DNA of 64,000 nucleotides, from the NCBI GenBank assembly GCA_945903605.1, contig CAMDOH010000003.1, positions 5,654-69,653 on the forward strand, in the 5' to 3' direction. Below the pieces are notes generated by a model. It saw only the letters and a list, made by a program, of their open reading frames with translations. It had not been told where the DNA came from and did no database searches. Shown here in pieces: positions 48,328 through 59,397 of this stretch. Within the stretch, counting starts at the first letter, position 1; each line of letters opens with the position of its first letter. Both the position numbers and the translations under genes were made by a program. The stretch comes from Akkermansia muciniphila (GTDB lineage Bacteria > Verrucomicrobiota > Verrucomicrobiia > Limisphaerales > UBA1100).

Positions 48328-50127
48328 ATGAGACGCACACACCATTGCAATGAACTCCGCCAGGAGCATTCCGGTATCGATGCCATTTTGGTAGGCTGGG
48401 TTCATTCCCGCCGCGACCTCGGTGGCGTACTTTTCATCGACCTTCGCGACCGAGAAGGCCGCACGCAGACTGTATTTGATCCTGCCGACTTGCCGAAGGA
48501 ACTCTTCGAACGCGCTTCAAAGCTACATAGCGAATCTGTCATTGAGGTGAGTGGGAAAGTCCGGATGCGACCAACGGGAACTGAGAACGCAAAGATTGCA
48601 ACGGGCGTTCTTGAGGTGCTCGTCAAGTCATTCACCGTTTTGAACCTTGCTGAGATATTACCTTTTCCCGTCGACGACCCCGAGGTCACGGCGAAAGTTA
48701 ATGAGGAGCTACGTCTCAAGTATCGCTATCTGGATCTTCGACGCCCAGAAATGATGCGAAACCTCCGACTTCGTTCGCGTGTTGGCACAGCCACTCGCGT
48801 CTTCATGGAGCAGGAAGGTTTTCTTGAAGTCGAGACACCCACACTTTTCAAATCAACACCCGAAGGCGCTCGGGAATTTCTTCTGCCGAGTCGAACCAAT
48901 CCAGGTGAGTTTTTCGCACTGCCGCAGTCGCCTCAGCAATTCAAGCAGATCCTGATGGTGGCCGGTGTCGAGCGCTACTTCCAACTCGCGCGCTGTTATC
49001 GTGACGAAGATTTGCGAGCCGATCGGCAGCCGGAATTCACGCAGGTGGACATCGAGATGAGTTTCATCGACCGCGAGGATATCTATGCGTTGATCGAGGG
49101 ACTGCTGGCGCGAGTTTGGAAAACTGCGCTTGGCATCGATATTCCCGCACCGTTCAAGCGGATCACTTTTGCCGACGCAATGAACCAGTTTGGCATCGAC
49201 AAGCCCGATACGCGATTCGGCATGCAATTGGTTGATCTCACGGAAGATTTTCGCACCAGTACTTTCAAAGTGTTTAGTGGTGCCGTTGCCAGCGGAGGCG
49301 TTGTCAAGGCGATCAATGCGAAGGGACTTGCCTGTGCCACTCAAGGTCAGATCGAGACAATGACTGAATACGCGAAAAGTTTTGGCGCGAAGGGACTGGC
49401 CTTCATCAAGTGTGAAGGCAACGAATGGAAATCGCCCATCGTCAAATTCTTCAGCGAATCTGAGAAGGTCGCCCTAAAACAGAAGCTCGCTATTGAAGAA
49501 GGTGATTTGATCCTTTTCGCTGCCGATCAATGGCTGAATGCCTGCGAAATACTTGGCAAGATTCGCCTCTACTGCGCCGATGTGCTCAAGGCGACTGGCA
49601 AATTATCCATCCCGGCTGGCCAGTTCAATTTTCTATGGGTCGTGGACTTCCCATTATTGAGCTATGACAAGGAATTGAACCGGTGGTATTCGAGTCATCA
49701 TCCCTTCACAGCGGCTGTGGAAGAAGATATTCCACTGCTCAAGACTGATCCAAAAAAAGTTCGCGGACAGCATTACGATATTGTTGTGAACGGAGTCGAG
49801 CTTGGCGGCGGCAGCATTCGAATTCATCAGCCGGATGTTCAGAAGCACATCTTCGAGGACATCCTGCAGATTTCGCCAGATGAAACCCAACTGCGATTTG
49901 GTTACATGCTCGAGGCGTTCAAATATGGTGCGCCACCCCATGGCGGTATCGCGTTGGGGTTCGATCGTCTCATCGCCATTCTTTGCGGAAGCACGAGTAT
50001 CCGCGACGTGATCGCGTTTCCAAAAACTGCAAAGGGCACTTGTTTGATGACAGATTCACCCAGCAGCGTGACGCCTCGCCAACTACGCGATTTGCATATC
50101 GATGTGAAGACACCGAAGAAGGAATAG
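48328..50127 (+). CDS. aspS: Aspartate--tRNA ligase
   Basis: The N-terminus RTHHCNELR, the class II motifs (FQLARCYRDEDLRADRQPEFTQVD, GGGSIRIH, GIALGFDRL) and the 599-aa bacterial-type length all fit. Confidence 0.95.
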   Translation: MRRTHHCNELRQEHSGIDAILVGWVHSRRDLGGVLFIDLRDREGRTQTVFDPADLPKELFERASKLHSESVIEVSGKVRMRPTGTENAKIATGVLEVLVKSFTVLNLAEILPFPVDDPEVTAKVNEELRLKYRYLDLRRPEMMRNLRLRSRVGTATRVFMEQEGFLEVETPTLFKSTPEGAREFLLPSRTNPGEFFALPQSPQQFKQILMVAGVERYFQLARCYRDEDLRADRQPEFTQVDIEMSFIDREDIYALIEGLLARVWKTALGIDIPAPFKRITFADAMNQFGIDKPDTRFGMQLVDLTEDFRTSTFKVFSGAVASGGVVKAINAKGLACATQGQIETMTEYAKSFGAKGLAFIKCEGNEWKSPIVKFFSESEKVALKQKLAIEEGDLILFAADQWLNACEILGKIRLYCADVLKATGKLSIPAGQFNFLWVVDFPLLSYDKELNRWYSSHHPFTAAVEEDIPLLKTDPKKVRGQHYDIVVNGVELGGGSIRIHQPDVQKHIFEDILQISPDETQLRFGYMLEAFKYGAPPHGGIALGFDRLIAILCGSTSIRDVIAFPKTAKGTCLMTDSPSSVTPRQLRDLHIDVKTPKKE

Positions 50128-50131
50128 TTCG

Positions 50132-50695
50132 ATGACCAAGGAGAATTTGAAAGACGACGCTGAAAATACGGAAGCGAACACACCCGATCCGTTGCCGGAA
50201 TTGGATCCGGTTACCTTGCCGCTCGAGGAGTTGAATGAGATCAAAGCGAACGCGGCCAAGGCGGATGAGAATTGGGATCGGTTTTTGCGACAGACGGCGG
50301 ATTTCGAGAATTTCAAAAAGCGCGCGGCACGCGAAAGACAGGATGCCATCAAGTTTGCCAATGAGTCTTTGCTTGGCCGATTGATTCCCGTTCTGGATAA
50401 TTTTGAGATGGCATTGTCTGCTGCGACTCTTGCAAAAGATAATTCAGAATCATTAAAGACGGGTGTGGCCATGATTCTGAGTCAGACCCGAGCAATTCTC
50501 ACAGAAGCGGGTCTCGAAGAGATTGATGCGGCTGGTAAAATGTTCGATCCGAATTTGCACGAGGCCGTTTCCCAACAGGAATCAAATGAAGTGCCCGAAG
50601 GCCAGGTCATGCAACAATTACGAAAAGGATACCGGCTGAAGGAACGATTGTTGCGACCGTCGATGGTGATCATCGCAAAGAAACCGGCGAATTGA
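50132..50695 (+). CDS. grpE: Nucleotide exchange factor GrpE
   Basis: The translation has RQTADFENFKKRAARE, FDPNLHEAV and KGYRLKERLLRPSMV. Confidence 0.9.
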   Translation: MTKENLKDDAENTEANTPDPLPELDPVTLPLEELNEIKANAAKADENWDRFLRQTADFENFKKRAARERQDAIKFANESLLGRLIPVLDNFEMALSAATLAKDNSESLKTGVAMILSQTRAILTEAGLEEIDAAGKMFDPNLHEAVSQQESNEVPEGQVMQQLRKGYRLKERLLRPSMVIIAKKPAN

Positions 50696-50698
50696 AGC

Positions 50699-51844
50699 AT
50701 GTCGACCAAGCGAGATTATTACGAAGTGCTCGGTGTCAGTCGCGATGTCAGCGATGAGGATTGCAAGAAAGCTTACCGCAAGCTGGCGGTCAAATTTCAT
50801 CCTGATAAAAACCCCGGCGACAAAAGTGCGGAGGGAAAATTCAAGGAGCTTGGTGAAGCTTACGAAGTCTTGAGTGACGCAGATAAACGAGCGGCATACG
50901 ACCGATACGGACATTCTGCATTTCAGCAAGGAGGAGGCGCAGGCCCATCGGCAGGTCAGGGTGGCTTTCACGATCCGTCAGATATTTTCTCGCAGGTGTT
51001 CGGTGGCCGAGGCGGTATCTTTGACGAATTGTTTGGCGGCGGACGAAGCGAGTCTGGTGGTAACGCAACGGGGTCCGATTTGCGCTTTGATTTGGAATTG
51101 AATTTTGAGGAGGCGGTTCGTGGTTGCGAAAAGAAAATCTCTGTTTCAAAGCTCGACTCGTGTTCGGATTGTAATGGTTCAGGCGCTCAGTCGGGTTCAG
51201 GAAAAGTGACGTGCGGTACTTGTCGTGGAAAAGGGAGGGTGATCAGATCGAATGGAATATTTTCAGTGCAGCAGACTTGCCCGACTTGCAACGGGCAAGG
51301 CAGCAACATCGAAAAACCCTGTCGCAAATGTCATGGTAAAGGACAACAGGAACGCCGCTCGGAGATCACCATTCGTATTCCAGCAGGCGTGGACACGGGC
51401 ATTCGCCTGAGGCAACGCGGCAAAGGTGAGGCTGGATTTCGTGGGGCACCGGCCGGTGACTTGTACGTCATCCTGCGTGTCCGCGCTCATGAGATATTTC
51501 AGAGGGACGGTGAAGATCTGCTCTGTGAAGTGCCGATCAGTTTTGTGACGGCAACTCTGGGTGGTGAGCTTTCGATCCCTACTCTCAATGGGCCGATGCC
51601 AATCAAGATTCCAGCGGGAACACAATCGTCGACTATCTTTCGTTTGCGCGGAAAGGGTGTGCCCAGTCTCTCGAACAGCGGCAGCGGCGATTTGCACGTG
51701 CGTGTGATCGTGGAAGTGCCGGTAAAACTTTCGCGCGAGCAACGGGTCAAACTCGAGGAATTCTCAGCGATCTGCGATGAGAGCGTCAATCCGCGGATGA
51801 AGAATTTCTTTGATCTCGCGAAGAACCTGTTCAGGAGGAGTTGA
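50699..51844 (+). CDS. dnaJ: Molecular chaperone DnaJ
   Basis: The J-domain block [14 protein letters not shown], a G/F-rich linker and four CxxCxGxG zinc motifs ([32 protein letters not shown]) are present. Confidence 0.95.
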   Translation: MSTKRDYYEVLGVSRDVSDEDCKKAYRKLAVKFHPDKNPGDKSAEGKFKELGEAYEVLSDADKRAAYDRYGHSAFQQGGGAGPSAGQGGFHDPSDIFSQVFGGRGGIFDELFGGGRSESGGNATGSDLRFDLELNFEEAVRGCEKKISVSKLDSCSDCNGSGAQSGSGKVTCGTCRGKGRVIRSNGIFSVQQTCPTCNGQGSNIEKPCRKCHGKGQQERRSEITIRIPAGVDTGIRLRQRGKGEAGFRGAPAGDLYVILRVRAHEIFQRDGEDLLCEVPISFVTATLGGELSIPTLNGPMPIKIPAGTQSSTIFRLRGKGVPSLSNSGSGDLHVRVIVEVPVKLSREQRVKLEEFSAICDESVNPRMKNFFDLAKNLFRRS

Positions 51845-52599
51845 ATTTGCGCCGTTTCTTTTTGGAGCCACATCATTGCACTGGAAATGAAGTGCGACTC
51901 ACGAGCGAGGAGGCCCATCATGCGGCGAACGTATTGCGGATCCGCGTTGGCGAGAAAGTAGCGGTGCTCGATGGTGCTGGGCAGGAATGCCACTGTGTCG
52001 TCCTGACCGTCGATCAAGATCTGGTCCGCCTGTCGGTGGTGGCGCGGAATCGTTTGCCAGTTTCCACATGCCGACTATGGCTTGTCCAAGCATTGATCAA
52101 AGGCAAGGCAATGGATTGGGTGATACAAAAGGCGACCGAGTTAGGTGCAGAACGAATTATCACTGTGAAGGCCGATCGTTCGGTTGCTCAAGTCGAGGAT
52201 GAAGCTGTGGAGATGCGATTGACTAAGTGGAATGCCATCGCAATCGAGGCGATCAAACAGTGCGGGTCACCTTGGTTGCCGAAGATTGATGCTCCGGCGA
52301 GTGTTGAGTTATGTCAGCGGAAACTCGATGCGGCAGATCTGGTTTTATTGGCCAGTTTGGAATCCGCGCGCAAACATCCTCGTCAATGGGTTGATCAGTT
52401 CAGATCGGAAAAAGGGCGGGCGCCAAATGTCATCGCCATTTGGATTGGGCCGGAGGGAGATTTTACGCCGCAGGAAACGAATTCGATCGAGTCTGCAGGC
52501 GCACTGCCAATCAGTTTGGGTCCCTTGGTGCTTCGTAGTGAAACAGCGGCGGTTTACGCGCTGTCGGTTTTGAATTACGAGATGCAGGCGCAGGGTTGA
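51841..52599 (+). CDS. rsmE: 16S rRNA (uracil1498-N3)-methyltransferase
   Basis: The TTG start overlaps the dnaJ stop and an AGGAGG lies upstream. The N-terminus RRFFLEP, the [10 protein letters not shown] block and the SPOUT C-terminus [11 protein letters not shown] are present. Confidence 0.85.
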   Translation: MNLRRFFLEPHHCTGNEVRLTSEEAHHAANVLRIRVGEKVAVLDGAGQECHCVVLTVDQDLVRLSVVARNRLPVSTCRLWLVQALIKGKAMDWVIQKATELGAERIITVKADRSVAQVEDEAVEMRLTKWNAIAIEAIKQCGSPWLPKIDAPASVELCQRKLDAADLVLLASLESARKHPRQWVDQFRSEKGRAPNVIAIWIGPEGDFTPQETNSIESAGALPISLGPLVLRSETAAVYALSVLNYEMQAQG

Positions 52600-52602
52600 T
52601 GT

Positions 52603-55600
52603 TTACTTGGGCGCGGCTAGCAGCTTCTTAAAATCAGTCAGAGATTGGAGATTGTTGAAGTTGGTATCGGTGACGAGGATGGATCTGAAGTTTCTCGCCG
52701 TCGGTTTTAGAGGTAATCGGGCGTCACTTTCTTTTAATGCGCGCGACAGTGATTCAAAAACATCGTTTGTTTTTCCAAGCGTGTTTTGGACAGTAGCTAG
52801 GTCGTACCAAACATCGGGTGTGTTTGGTGACAGTTTGGTCAGGCGCATAGTGATTTCCTCTTGTCGGGATGGATCGTGGAGCACGCGATAGGCCTGCGCG
52901 AGAAAAGTGAGATTGAGAACGCTGACTTGGTTTGTGTTGTCGATTCCTTCTATGAGTTTTCGCGCCTTGTTGGTTTGTCCTTCGTTGAGATAGGCAAAGA
53001 AAAGATTAAGGGTGTTGTCGATGTTGGTTGGGTTGGCAATTTGCCGCTGTTCGAGTTGCTGCAGCATCCGGCTTCTGGGCTGGCTGGATTTTTCTGAGTC
53101 AGTGTATTGTTTGAGTTCATTTACAAGCTGGGCTGCGATGGGGCTTTCGGGGTCGAGCAGTTCGAAAACCTTTGCGACGTTGAGGGCGTCAATGTACCGG
53201 CCGTTCGTTGCAAGAAATCCAGTGTAACGCATCACGGTTTCGGGGCTGTAGGGGCAAAATGCCAGTGCTTGTTTGTAAGCAAAGTCAGCTTCTTCGTAGA
53301 TCTGTTTGTGTTCAGCGGAACCTTTGGCGGTCTGAGTCAGTCGCCATGCGTAAAGGCCAGCGATGGATCCGCGTAATTTGGAGAAGGATTTTTGCGCGTC
53401 ATTATCGCGAATAAACTTGGGGTCGCCTTTGAAGTTTTTCAGGTTCTTCAAATGGTGGACTTGTTTAGCCCATTCGCAGATTTGCGACACTGTAGTTTCC
53501 GGCGAGACCCAGTCTGCTATCAGACGTTCGGAATACTTGCGCCAAAACCGGCGGTCTTTCGCAAGCACCTCGGCTGGCAATGATTCTAGTGGCTTGCGGT
53601 TGACCTTCATGATGATTCCATGAGGTGTGAGATACGGGAACATCCAGTCGAGTGGGAAACTTTCCTCGACATAGAATTCATTGGTGCTGTTTTCGTCGAA
53701 GATCCGTTTGGCCAGCAGGCCGTTGATGGCCATCACAGCGATGCTGCCGTTCACCTGCACGCGTTCGGAAACGCGGTTGATCAACGGTGTCTGGCAGTTG
53801 GGGCAGGGGATTCCCTTGGCGCCCATTTGCTGGACTTGCATCCATTGTCGGGCGTCGAACACATAGGGAACGGCGGCCTTGCAAGAGGAGCAGAGGTACT
53901 CGATGAAAAAACGAATGTCTTCACCGTTTCTCAATTGATTGGCCTGCATGCGGCGTTGCGCATCGCTCACGTATTCGTCGTAGGCAATCTGTGAATCGCT
54001 CGGCGTTGGAATGAAGATCTCTGATTTGGGATAAACTCCCGCTTCGCGCCGGGATGTTTCCACTCGATTGCCCAGCCAATCACCGAAGAATTTATCCAAT
54101 GAAGAAACTGATTTGGATCGGAGTAGTTCCTGGAAGAAGGGTGGATCCACTTGCTTGCTGCGATTGTAGTGTGCGCGGAGGTATTGCAGATAAGTTCCGT
54201 CGGCCAGGGCATTTTGTGTGATGATGTAAACATCTCGACGATCGAATTCGGGGTCGCGCCGATTCTTTGGGCTGATCTGGCTCTCGCAAAAAATCATGTA
54301 GGTGGGACAGAAACGGCCTGGATCTGTCCCTCCAAAGAGAATCGCGTTCTTTTCCATCTCAGGGAAAATGTCGAAGGGAGGCTTGAACATGTCGTGGCCG
54401 TACCAGAATCCAAACAGATGTCCGCGTTGTTCGTTTTCAGCCCAGTTGGCCAACATCAATCTGGTTGGGAAAAGGGCAAGCGCGCACAGGGCCAAGGCAA
54501 TCAGTTTGCGTCTGAAAACTTCGAACGAGCGGTTGATGAGTGCGAACAGCGTGCAGGAAAAAACAGCGAGCAGGATGATGCCGACGATAGCGCCCAGTCG
54601 CGGAGTCTCAGAATTAATTGTCGAGAGGGTTTTGTAGGTTGTGAAGGTGTCGGCAAACAATAGCGTGCCGAGTACCCCGACTAAGAGTGAGGTGAAGATT
54701 GCGTTTCTTGTGACGGCCATTGCCATCAACAATGCCAGACCAAGTCCCATTCCCAATCCGAGAAAAACATAGGTGCCAGCGAAGAAGACCTTGTTCAGGT
54801 GGCGGTTCATCATGTCGCCGGTCGGGTTGATCAGAATGATGAGGACGATTGTGAAGCTGATGTAAGTGAAGAGAATTCCGGCCCACCATCTTTTGTCTCG
54901 TTTGTCGATGAACCACCAAAATGCCAGTGGCAGGATGGCCACAATCACGAATATCAAATTGTATTCGTGCGTGGCTTCGCTGAAGTAGATGCCAATCTGT
55001 TTCAAAAGCACCGTGGGGCTTTCGGTGGGCATGATGCGGTCATACTGGCCGCGCGAAAGTGCATGAAAGAATCCCTGCACAGTTCTTGGATAGGCCCAGT
55101 TCATCGGTGGATTGGTCATCGAGGCAATGGGCATGTAGATGTAAAATGCTGCGCCGAGTATCCAGGCCAGCCGTGTCCAGCCCATCGTGAGCCAATCTGT
55201 GAAGACTGATTTCTGTAGCGATTTGGATTCCGATTTGGGATCGGAAACGAAGAAGGGATAAATCAAAAAGAACCCGAGCGCGCCCAGTGTCAGGAGAGAC
55301 CAGTAAATCAAATAACGATTCGCCGAGACCATGTTTGAATCTCCAACCGCATTCACCCACATCCGGGTGAAGATGATCATCAGCAGTGTCCAGATGATGG
55401 TGAGAGTCAGCTTGGTTGTCCGTTCACTTTTCAGGGTGAGCCACAACAAGGAGATCGTGAATCCCAGTCCGACTAAATTGTAGATGCCAAACACGACGAG
55501 ACTGCCTTCGGGCGGCATGTTGGATTTGCTCGACCACGCCTTGGCCAACAATCCGGCGACGTAAAGGAAGGTGTTGCAGATGGCAAAAATGCGGCCGAGT

Positions 55601-56370
55601 GATGGGTTCGCAAGAATCACTATCGCTTCCAAGCCGATCGCCGCCAAAATGAGTGTCTGATGGTTCGTGAAACAAATGCCGAAGACGAAATAAGCCAGAT
55701 AGAGGTATCGCCGTTTCTCCATGTCGTAGAACCAGCGCATCATCAAGGCGAGCACGGCCACAAAGGTGAAGATGCCCAGCGTGTATACTTCCACGATGAC
55801 CGCCTGGCTCCACATGAATCCGTTGAATGCGAGCAGCAGACCTGCGACGACGCCGCTGACTGCGGAAATCCATTTCTCGTCGTTGTCAGCAATGTCCTTG
55901 AAAAATTCAGTGCCGCGCAGAATCAATGCGCTTCCACGCGAGACCATCAATGCGAGTAGTCCGCATGAAAACGCAGCAGCCACGGCGGAGGATAATGCCA
56001 CTCGCCATGCGATATTGGAGAACGGTACTAGTTTGGTGAAGAGCCAGGAATAGATTGTCCAGACAGGGTATCCGGGCGGATGAGGCACACCTGCGTACAT
56101 CGATCCCACGCATAATTCACCGCTGTCCTCCAGCGTCAGATCCGGCGCCAGCGTGTAGTAGTAACCGACGAATGAAACAAAAACGGTGATCCAGAATGCC
56201 AACCAATCTGTCCGTCGATAGAAGCTGCCTTTGCTGGTTGATGGCTCGGTCGGTGGAGGTTCGGTAGTTATTTTCGCTGGCTCGACTCCATCGGCGGCAG
56301 ATGGAACAGATGTGAGCGGTGTGGTCGAAACCGATTGCGATCTATCTCTCCCACGCTTGTTTGCAGCCAT
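52603..56370 (-). CDS. Very large polytopic membrane protein: DUF2723 (GT-C fold, TMEM260-like putative glycosyltransferase) with a C-terminal zinc ribbon and TPR region
   Basis: The protein is 1255 aa. The N-terminal block YYYTLAPDLTLEDSGELCVGSMYAGVPHPPGYP is typical of DUF2723. It has more than 12 TM segments. A CxxC-N25-CxxC motif lies at aa 827-859. The tail is TPR-like helical. Confidence 0.7.
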   Translation of the reverse strand: MAANKRGRDRSQSVSTTPLTSVPSAADGVEPAKITTEPPPTEPSTSKGSFYRRTDWLAFWITVFVSFVGYYYTLAPDLTLEDSGELCVGSMYAGVPHPPGYPVWTIYSWLFTKLVPFSNIAWRVALSSAVAAAFSCGLLALMVSRGSALILRGTEFFKDIADNDEKWISAVSGVVAGLLLAFNGFMWSQAVIVEVYTLGIFTFVAVLALMMRWFYDMEKRRYLYLAYFVFGICFTNHQTLILAAIGLEAIVILANPSLGRIFAICNTFLYVAGLLAKAWSSKSNMPPEGSLVVFGIYNLVGLGFTISLLWLTLKSERTTKLTLTIIWTLLMIIFTRMWVNAVGDSNMVSANRYLIYWSLLTLGALGFFLIYPFFVSDPKSESKSLQKSVFTDWLTMGWTRLAWILGAAFYIYMPIASMTNPPMNWAYPRTVQGFFHALSRGQYDRIMPTESPTVLLKQIGIYFSEATHEYNLIFVIVAILPLAFWWFIDKRDKRWWAGILFTYISFTIVLIILINPTGDMMNRHLNKVFFAGTYVFLGLGMGLGLALLMAMAVTRNAIFTSLLVGVLGTLLFADTFTTYKTLSTINSETPRLGAIVGIILLAVFSCTLFALINRSFEVFRRKLIALALCALALFPTRLMLANWAENEQRGHLFGFWYGHDMFKPPFDIFPEMEKNAILFGGTDPGRFCPTYMIFCESQISPKNRRDPEFDRRDVYIITQNALADGTYLQYLRAHYNRSKQVDPPFFQELLRSKSVSSLDKFFGDWLGNRVETSRREAGVYPKSEIFIPTPSDSQIAYDEYVSDAQRRMQANQLRNGEDIRFFIEYLCSSCKAAVPYVFDARQWMQVQQMGAKGIPCPNCQTPLINRVSERVQVNGSIAVMAINGLLAKRIFDENSTNEFYVEESFPLDWMFPYLTPHGIIMKVNRKPLESLPAEVLAKDRRFWRKYSERLIADWVSPETTVSQICEWAKQVHHLKNLKNFKGDPKFIRDNDAQKSFSKLRGSIAGLYAWRLTQTAKGSAEHKQIYEEADFAYKQALAFCPYSPETVMRYTGFLATNGRYIDALNVAKVFELLDPESPIAAQLVNELKQYTDSEKSSQPRSRMLQQLEQRQIANPTNIDNTLNLFFAYLNEGQTNKARKLIEGIDNTNQVSVLNLTFLAQAYRVLHDPSRQEEITMRLTKLSPNTPDVWYDLATVQNTLGKTNDVFESLSRALKESDARLPLKPTARNFRSILVTDTNFNNLQSLTDFKKLLAAPK

Positions 56371-56442
56371 GATCGATAATTAATGCTGGTCGGGTATGAG
56401 GCAGAATCAAGAAGTTGTCCAAGCCAAATTGTCCCGAAGCGC

Positions 56443-58641
56443 TCAATTATATCCGAGAAACAATCCAGCCGATCTCACCACAAATGACAGTACCCAAGCC
56501 AGCGCACCCATGTAAAGCCACTGGAAGACTGGCCATTTCCAACCGCCGGTTTCACGGCGCACAATCGCAATCGTGCTGACGCATTGCAGTGCGAACACGT
56601 AGAAAACCATCAGCGTGACCGCTACGAGTGAAGTGAATAGCGGCGAGCCATCTGCACGCTTTTGCGCGCGCAACGCGGTGACTAAAGATTGTGTCCCGTC
56701 ATCTCCCCCATCATCATTTCCGACGTTGTACACGGTGGACATCGTGCTCACGAAGACTTCGCGCGCGGCAAATGAAGCAACGATTCCTATGCCGATTTTC
56801 CAGTCGAATCCGAGTGGCTCAATGACTGGCTCGATGAAGCGACCCAGTTGACCGGCGTAGCTGTGGCGGAGCTGTGCGCCGGATCTGGCGATTTCAATTT
56901 CTCCGAGCTTCTCCTTCAGAATCGGCTCTTCGATCTTTTGTGAGATGAGTGCCTCTCGTTGGGCGGCAAATTCTGAGGCGATGACATCATTCTTTGGATA
57001 GGTTGCCAAAAACCAAAGTAGAATGCTGATGCCGAGAATGACTGTGCCAGCGCGGCGAATGAAGAGTTTTGAGCGATCCCACATGTGTTGCAGAGTGACG
57101 CCAAGCACCGGCCGTCTGTAAGGGGGCAGCTCGAGGATCAGCATGGGTGTCTGGCCTTTGAGAAGAAATCGTTTGAAGATGAATGCCATGAACAGCGCCA
57201 TGATGATCCCAAGCAGATACATCGCCAACATGGTCAAACCAGGCAGACCCAAAACGCCGAACAGTTTCTCTTTGGGAATACAGGCGGCGATGAGCACGGT
57301 GTAAACTGGCAGTCGGGCAGAGCAACTCATCAATGGCGCGACGAGAATCGTGACGAGCCGATCCTTCGGCGTCTCAATCGTGCGCGTGGCCATGATGCCG
57401 GGAATGGCGCAGGCAAAGGAGCTGAGCATTGGGATGAAACTTTTTCCGTGCAGTCCCACCTTGCTCATGAATCGATCCATCAGAAACGCCGCGCGCGCCA
57501 TGTAGCCCGTATCTTCGAGCAGGCCGATATAGAGAAAGAGTAGACAGATTTGGGGTAGAAAGATGAGCACAGAACCGACGCCTGCGATGACTCCATCGAC
57601 CAACAGGCTCCTGAATTCGCCTTCGGACATATTGGATTCCACAAATCTACCGGTCCAACCAACTCCTTGCTCGATCCATTTCATTGGCCATTCGGCGAAG
57701 GTGAAGATCGATTGGAACATGAGAGCCATCACCATCACAAAAATGAGCAACCCCCAAAATCGATGTGTGAAAACACGGTCGAGGCGGTCGCTGATGGTCT
57801 CACGGTTCGCGTTTGATTGTGTGACTGATGTGTCGCAAATGCTCGTGATGCGAGTGTATCGGGCGGCGATGCCGGCGGTGTGCCAGTCCAGTTTCGCAGC
57901 GGTGATTCGATCGCGCGCAGCAACGACCTTTTCAAGGTTGATCGTGGGATAGTACTTGGAATTGATGGAAAGGAATTTCTCGTCGGAGACAATCAATTGA
58001 GCTTCGGCCTGTGCGGAATTTCGAGAGACTCCGCTCTGGGTGAGCAGTTGGGTGAACGCATCGATTTCGTTGGAGTAGGCGGCTGGCAACTGGCCAAAAC
58101 AGGGTGCAGCAGTCGCTGCGGGCTGTTTCAATGTGGCGAGAATCAATTCGCGCAATTGAGGGATTCCTTCGCCAGTGCTGGCGATAATTGGCGATACAGG
58201 CACGCCAAGTTCGCTTGAAAGGGCGACTGAGTTCACTTCGTGTCCATGGCTGCGCGCGACATCCATCATGTTCAGCGCGATCAGAGTGCGATGGCCCAGT
58301 TCGATGACTTGCGTGGCGTAATAGAGGTTGCGTTCGAGATTGGAGGCATCAACGACAATGACCACCAAGTCAGGCTCGGGCACATCGCCGAGATGATGGA
58401 GCAGGGCGTCGCGCGCGATTTGTTCGTCGAGTGAATTCGGACTCAGGCTGTAGGTGCCGGGCAGATCAAGTATCGTGATGTCGGTGTCGCGCAGTTTGCC
58501 TTCTTTGCGTTCGACGGTGACGCCTGCGTAGTTGCCCACTTTGGCTCGAAGCCCCGTGAGCATGTTGAAGAGTGTGGTCTTGCCGCAATTCGGGTTGCCA
58601 GTGAGAACGACCAACGGGTTCTGATTGGCGGCTGCAGGCAT
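56443..58641 (-). CDS. feoB: Ferrous iron transporter FeoB
   Basis: The N-terminal GTPase G1 motif is GNPNCGKTTLFN and the G3 motif is DLPGTYSL. A large polytopic membrane domain follows. The length is 732 aa. Confidence 0.93.
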   Translation of the reverse strand: MPAAANQNPLVVLTGNPNCGKTTLFNMLTGLRAKVGNYAGVTVERKEGKLRDTDITILDLPGTYSLSPNSLDEQIARDALLHHLGDVPEPDLVVIVVDASNLERNLYYATQVIELGHRTLIALNMMDVARSHGHEVNSVALSSELGVPVSPIIASTGEGIPQLRELILATLKQPAATAAPCFGQLPAAYSNEIDAFTQLLTQSGVSRNSAQAEAQLIVSDEKFLSINSKYYPTINLEKVVAARDRITAAKLDWHTAGIAARYTRITSICDTSVTQSNANRETISDRLDRVFTHRFWGLLIFVMVMALMFQSIFTFAEWPMKWIEQGVGWTGRFVESNMSEGEFRSLLVDGVIAGVGSVLIFLPQICLLFLYIGLLEDTGYMARAAFLMDRFMSKVGLHGKSFIPMLSSFACAIPGIMATRTIETPKDRLVTILVAPLMSCSARLPVYTVLIAACIPKEKLFGVLGLPGLTMLAMYLLGIIMALFMAFIFKRFLLKGQTPMLILELPPYRRPVLGVTLQHMWDRSKLFIRRAGTVILGISILLWFLATYPKNDVIASEFAAQREALISQKIEEPILKEKLGEIEIARSGAQLRHSYAGQLGRFIEPVIEPLGFDWKIGIGIVASFAAREVFVSTMSTVYNVGNDDGGDDGTQSLVTALRAQKRADGSPLFTSLVAVTLMVFYVFALQCVSTIAIVRRETGGWKWPVFQWLYMGALAWVLSFVVRSAGLFLGYN

Positions 58642-58649
58642 TGCTGGAT

Positions 58650-58892
58650 TCAGACGGTGGGGACGACGATGATTTGTTCTGCCTCGTGCTTGCGGAGTGA
58701 AAGGTGGTAGCCGCGAACTTTGATTTCAACAGGATCGCCGAGTGGTGCGAAACGAATCAATTCAACTTTGGTGCCCGGCAAGAGTCCCATCTCCTGAATG
58801 CGCCGAGCATCGTCGGTGACAAGATTGATGGCGATAATGGTTCCTGTTTGGCCAAGCGGGAGTTGGTGCAGAGCAGTCGGATCGGCAGCCAT
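58650..58892 (-). CDS. feoA: FeoA domain protein
   Basis: The 80-aa SH3-like FeoA pattern is present (LPLGQTGTIIAI...RIQEMGLLPGTKVELI). The gene lies 8 nt upstream of feoB. Confidence 0.8.
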   Translation of the reverse strand: MAADPTALHQLPLGQTGTIIAINLVTDDARRIQEMGLLPGTKVELIRFAPLGDPVEIKVRGYHLSLRKHEAEQIIVVPTV

Positions 58893-58894
58893 GT

Positions 58895-59212
58895 TCAGGC
58901 TGCGGGAACCATCTCTCGCATCGGTTCAACGAGGATGGTTTTCGCGAGTCGGTCACTGATTCCAAGGCGAGTGTTGCAAACTTGGCAGATAATCTGGCCA
59001 CTCTTGGCCAGCAGTTTGATGCGTTGTTCCTCGCAAAATCCAAGCTCGCGCAATCGGTTCGTGATTTCTTTGGAAGCGGAAAGTTGCTTGATTCGAACGG
59101 AGGTGCCAGGTTTTACGTCGGTGAGCGGGCAAAGAGTTGGGGTCGGGCAGCTTCCCGCCTCCACTGGTCGAAATAAATCCAGTTTGACTGACATCCGTGA
59201 CGCCACGCTCAT
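58895..59212 (-). CDS. Second FeoA-domain protein with an N-terminal extension
   Basis: The FeoA-like core is LTDVKPGTSVRIKQL...RLRELGFCEEQRIKLL. The start is ambiguous: ATG 59212, ATG 59194 or TTG 59233. Confidence 0.6.
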   Translation of the reverse strand: MSVASRMSVKLDLFRPVEAGSCPTPTLCPLTDVKPGTSVRIKQLSASKEITNRLRELGFCEEQRIKLLAKSGQIICQVCNTRLGISDRLAKTILVEPMREMVPAA

Positions 59213-59397
59213 GGAAATGAGACTCGTTTGCAAGTGGAATATTCAACGGTCACACATTCTCGGTTTGACCTTTGCCAGAGGTTAAAATAACAATCTCTGA
59301 ACTTGTTTGCGGTGTCATACTGCGATGAGCTAAACCGTTCGAATCAAACGCTAAAGAGGTTAATCTGGAAAACACGGGTATACACCGACCTCGCAAT

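Noticed and set aside
59213-59397. A Fur box in the feoA/permease divergent region
   Set aside because: The best candidate (AAAATAACAATCTC around 59284-59297) matches the GATAATGATAATCATTATC consensus only weakly and lacks dyad symmetry.
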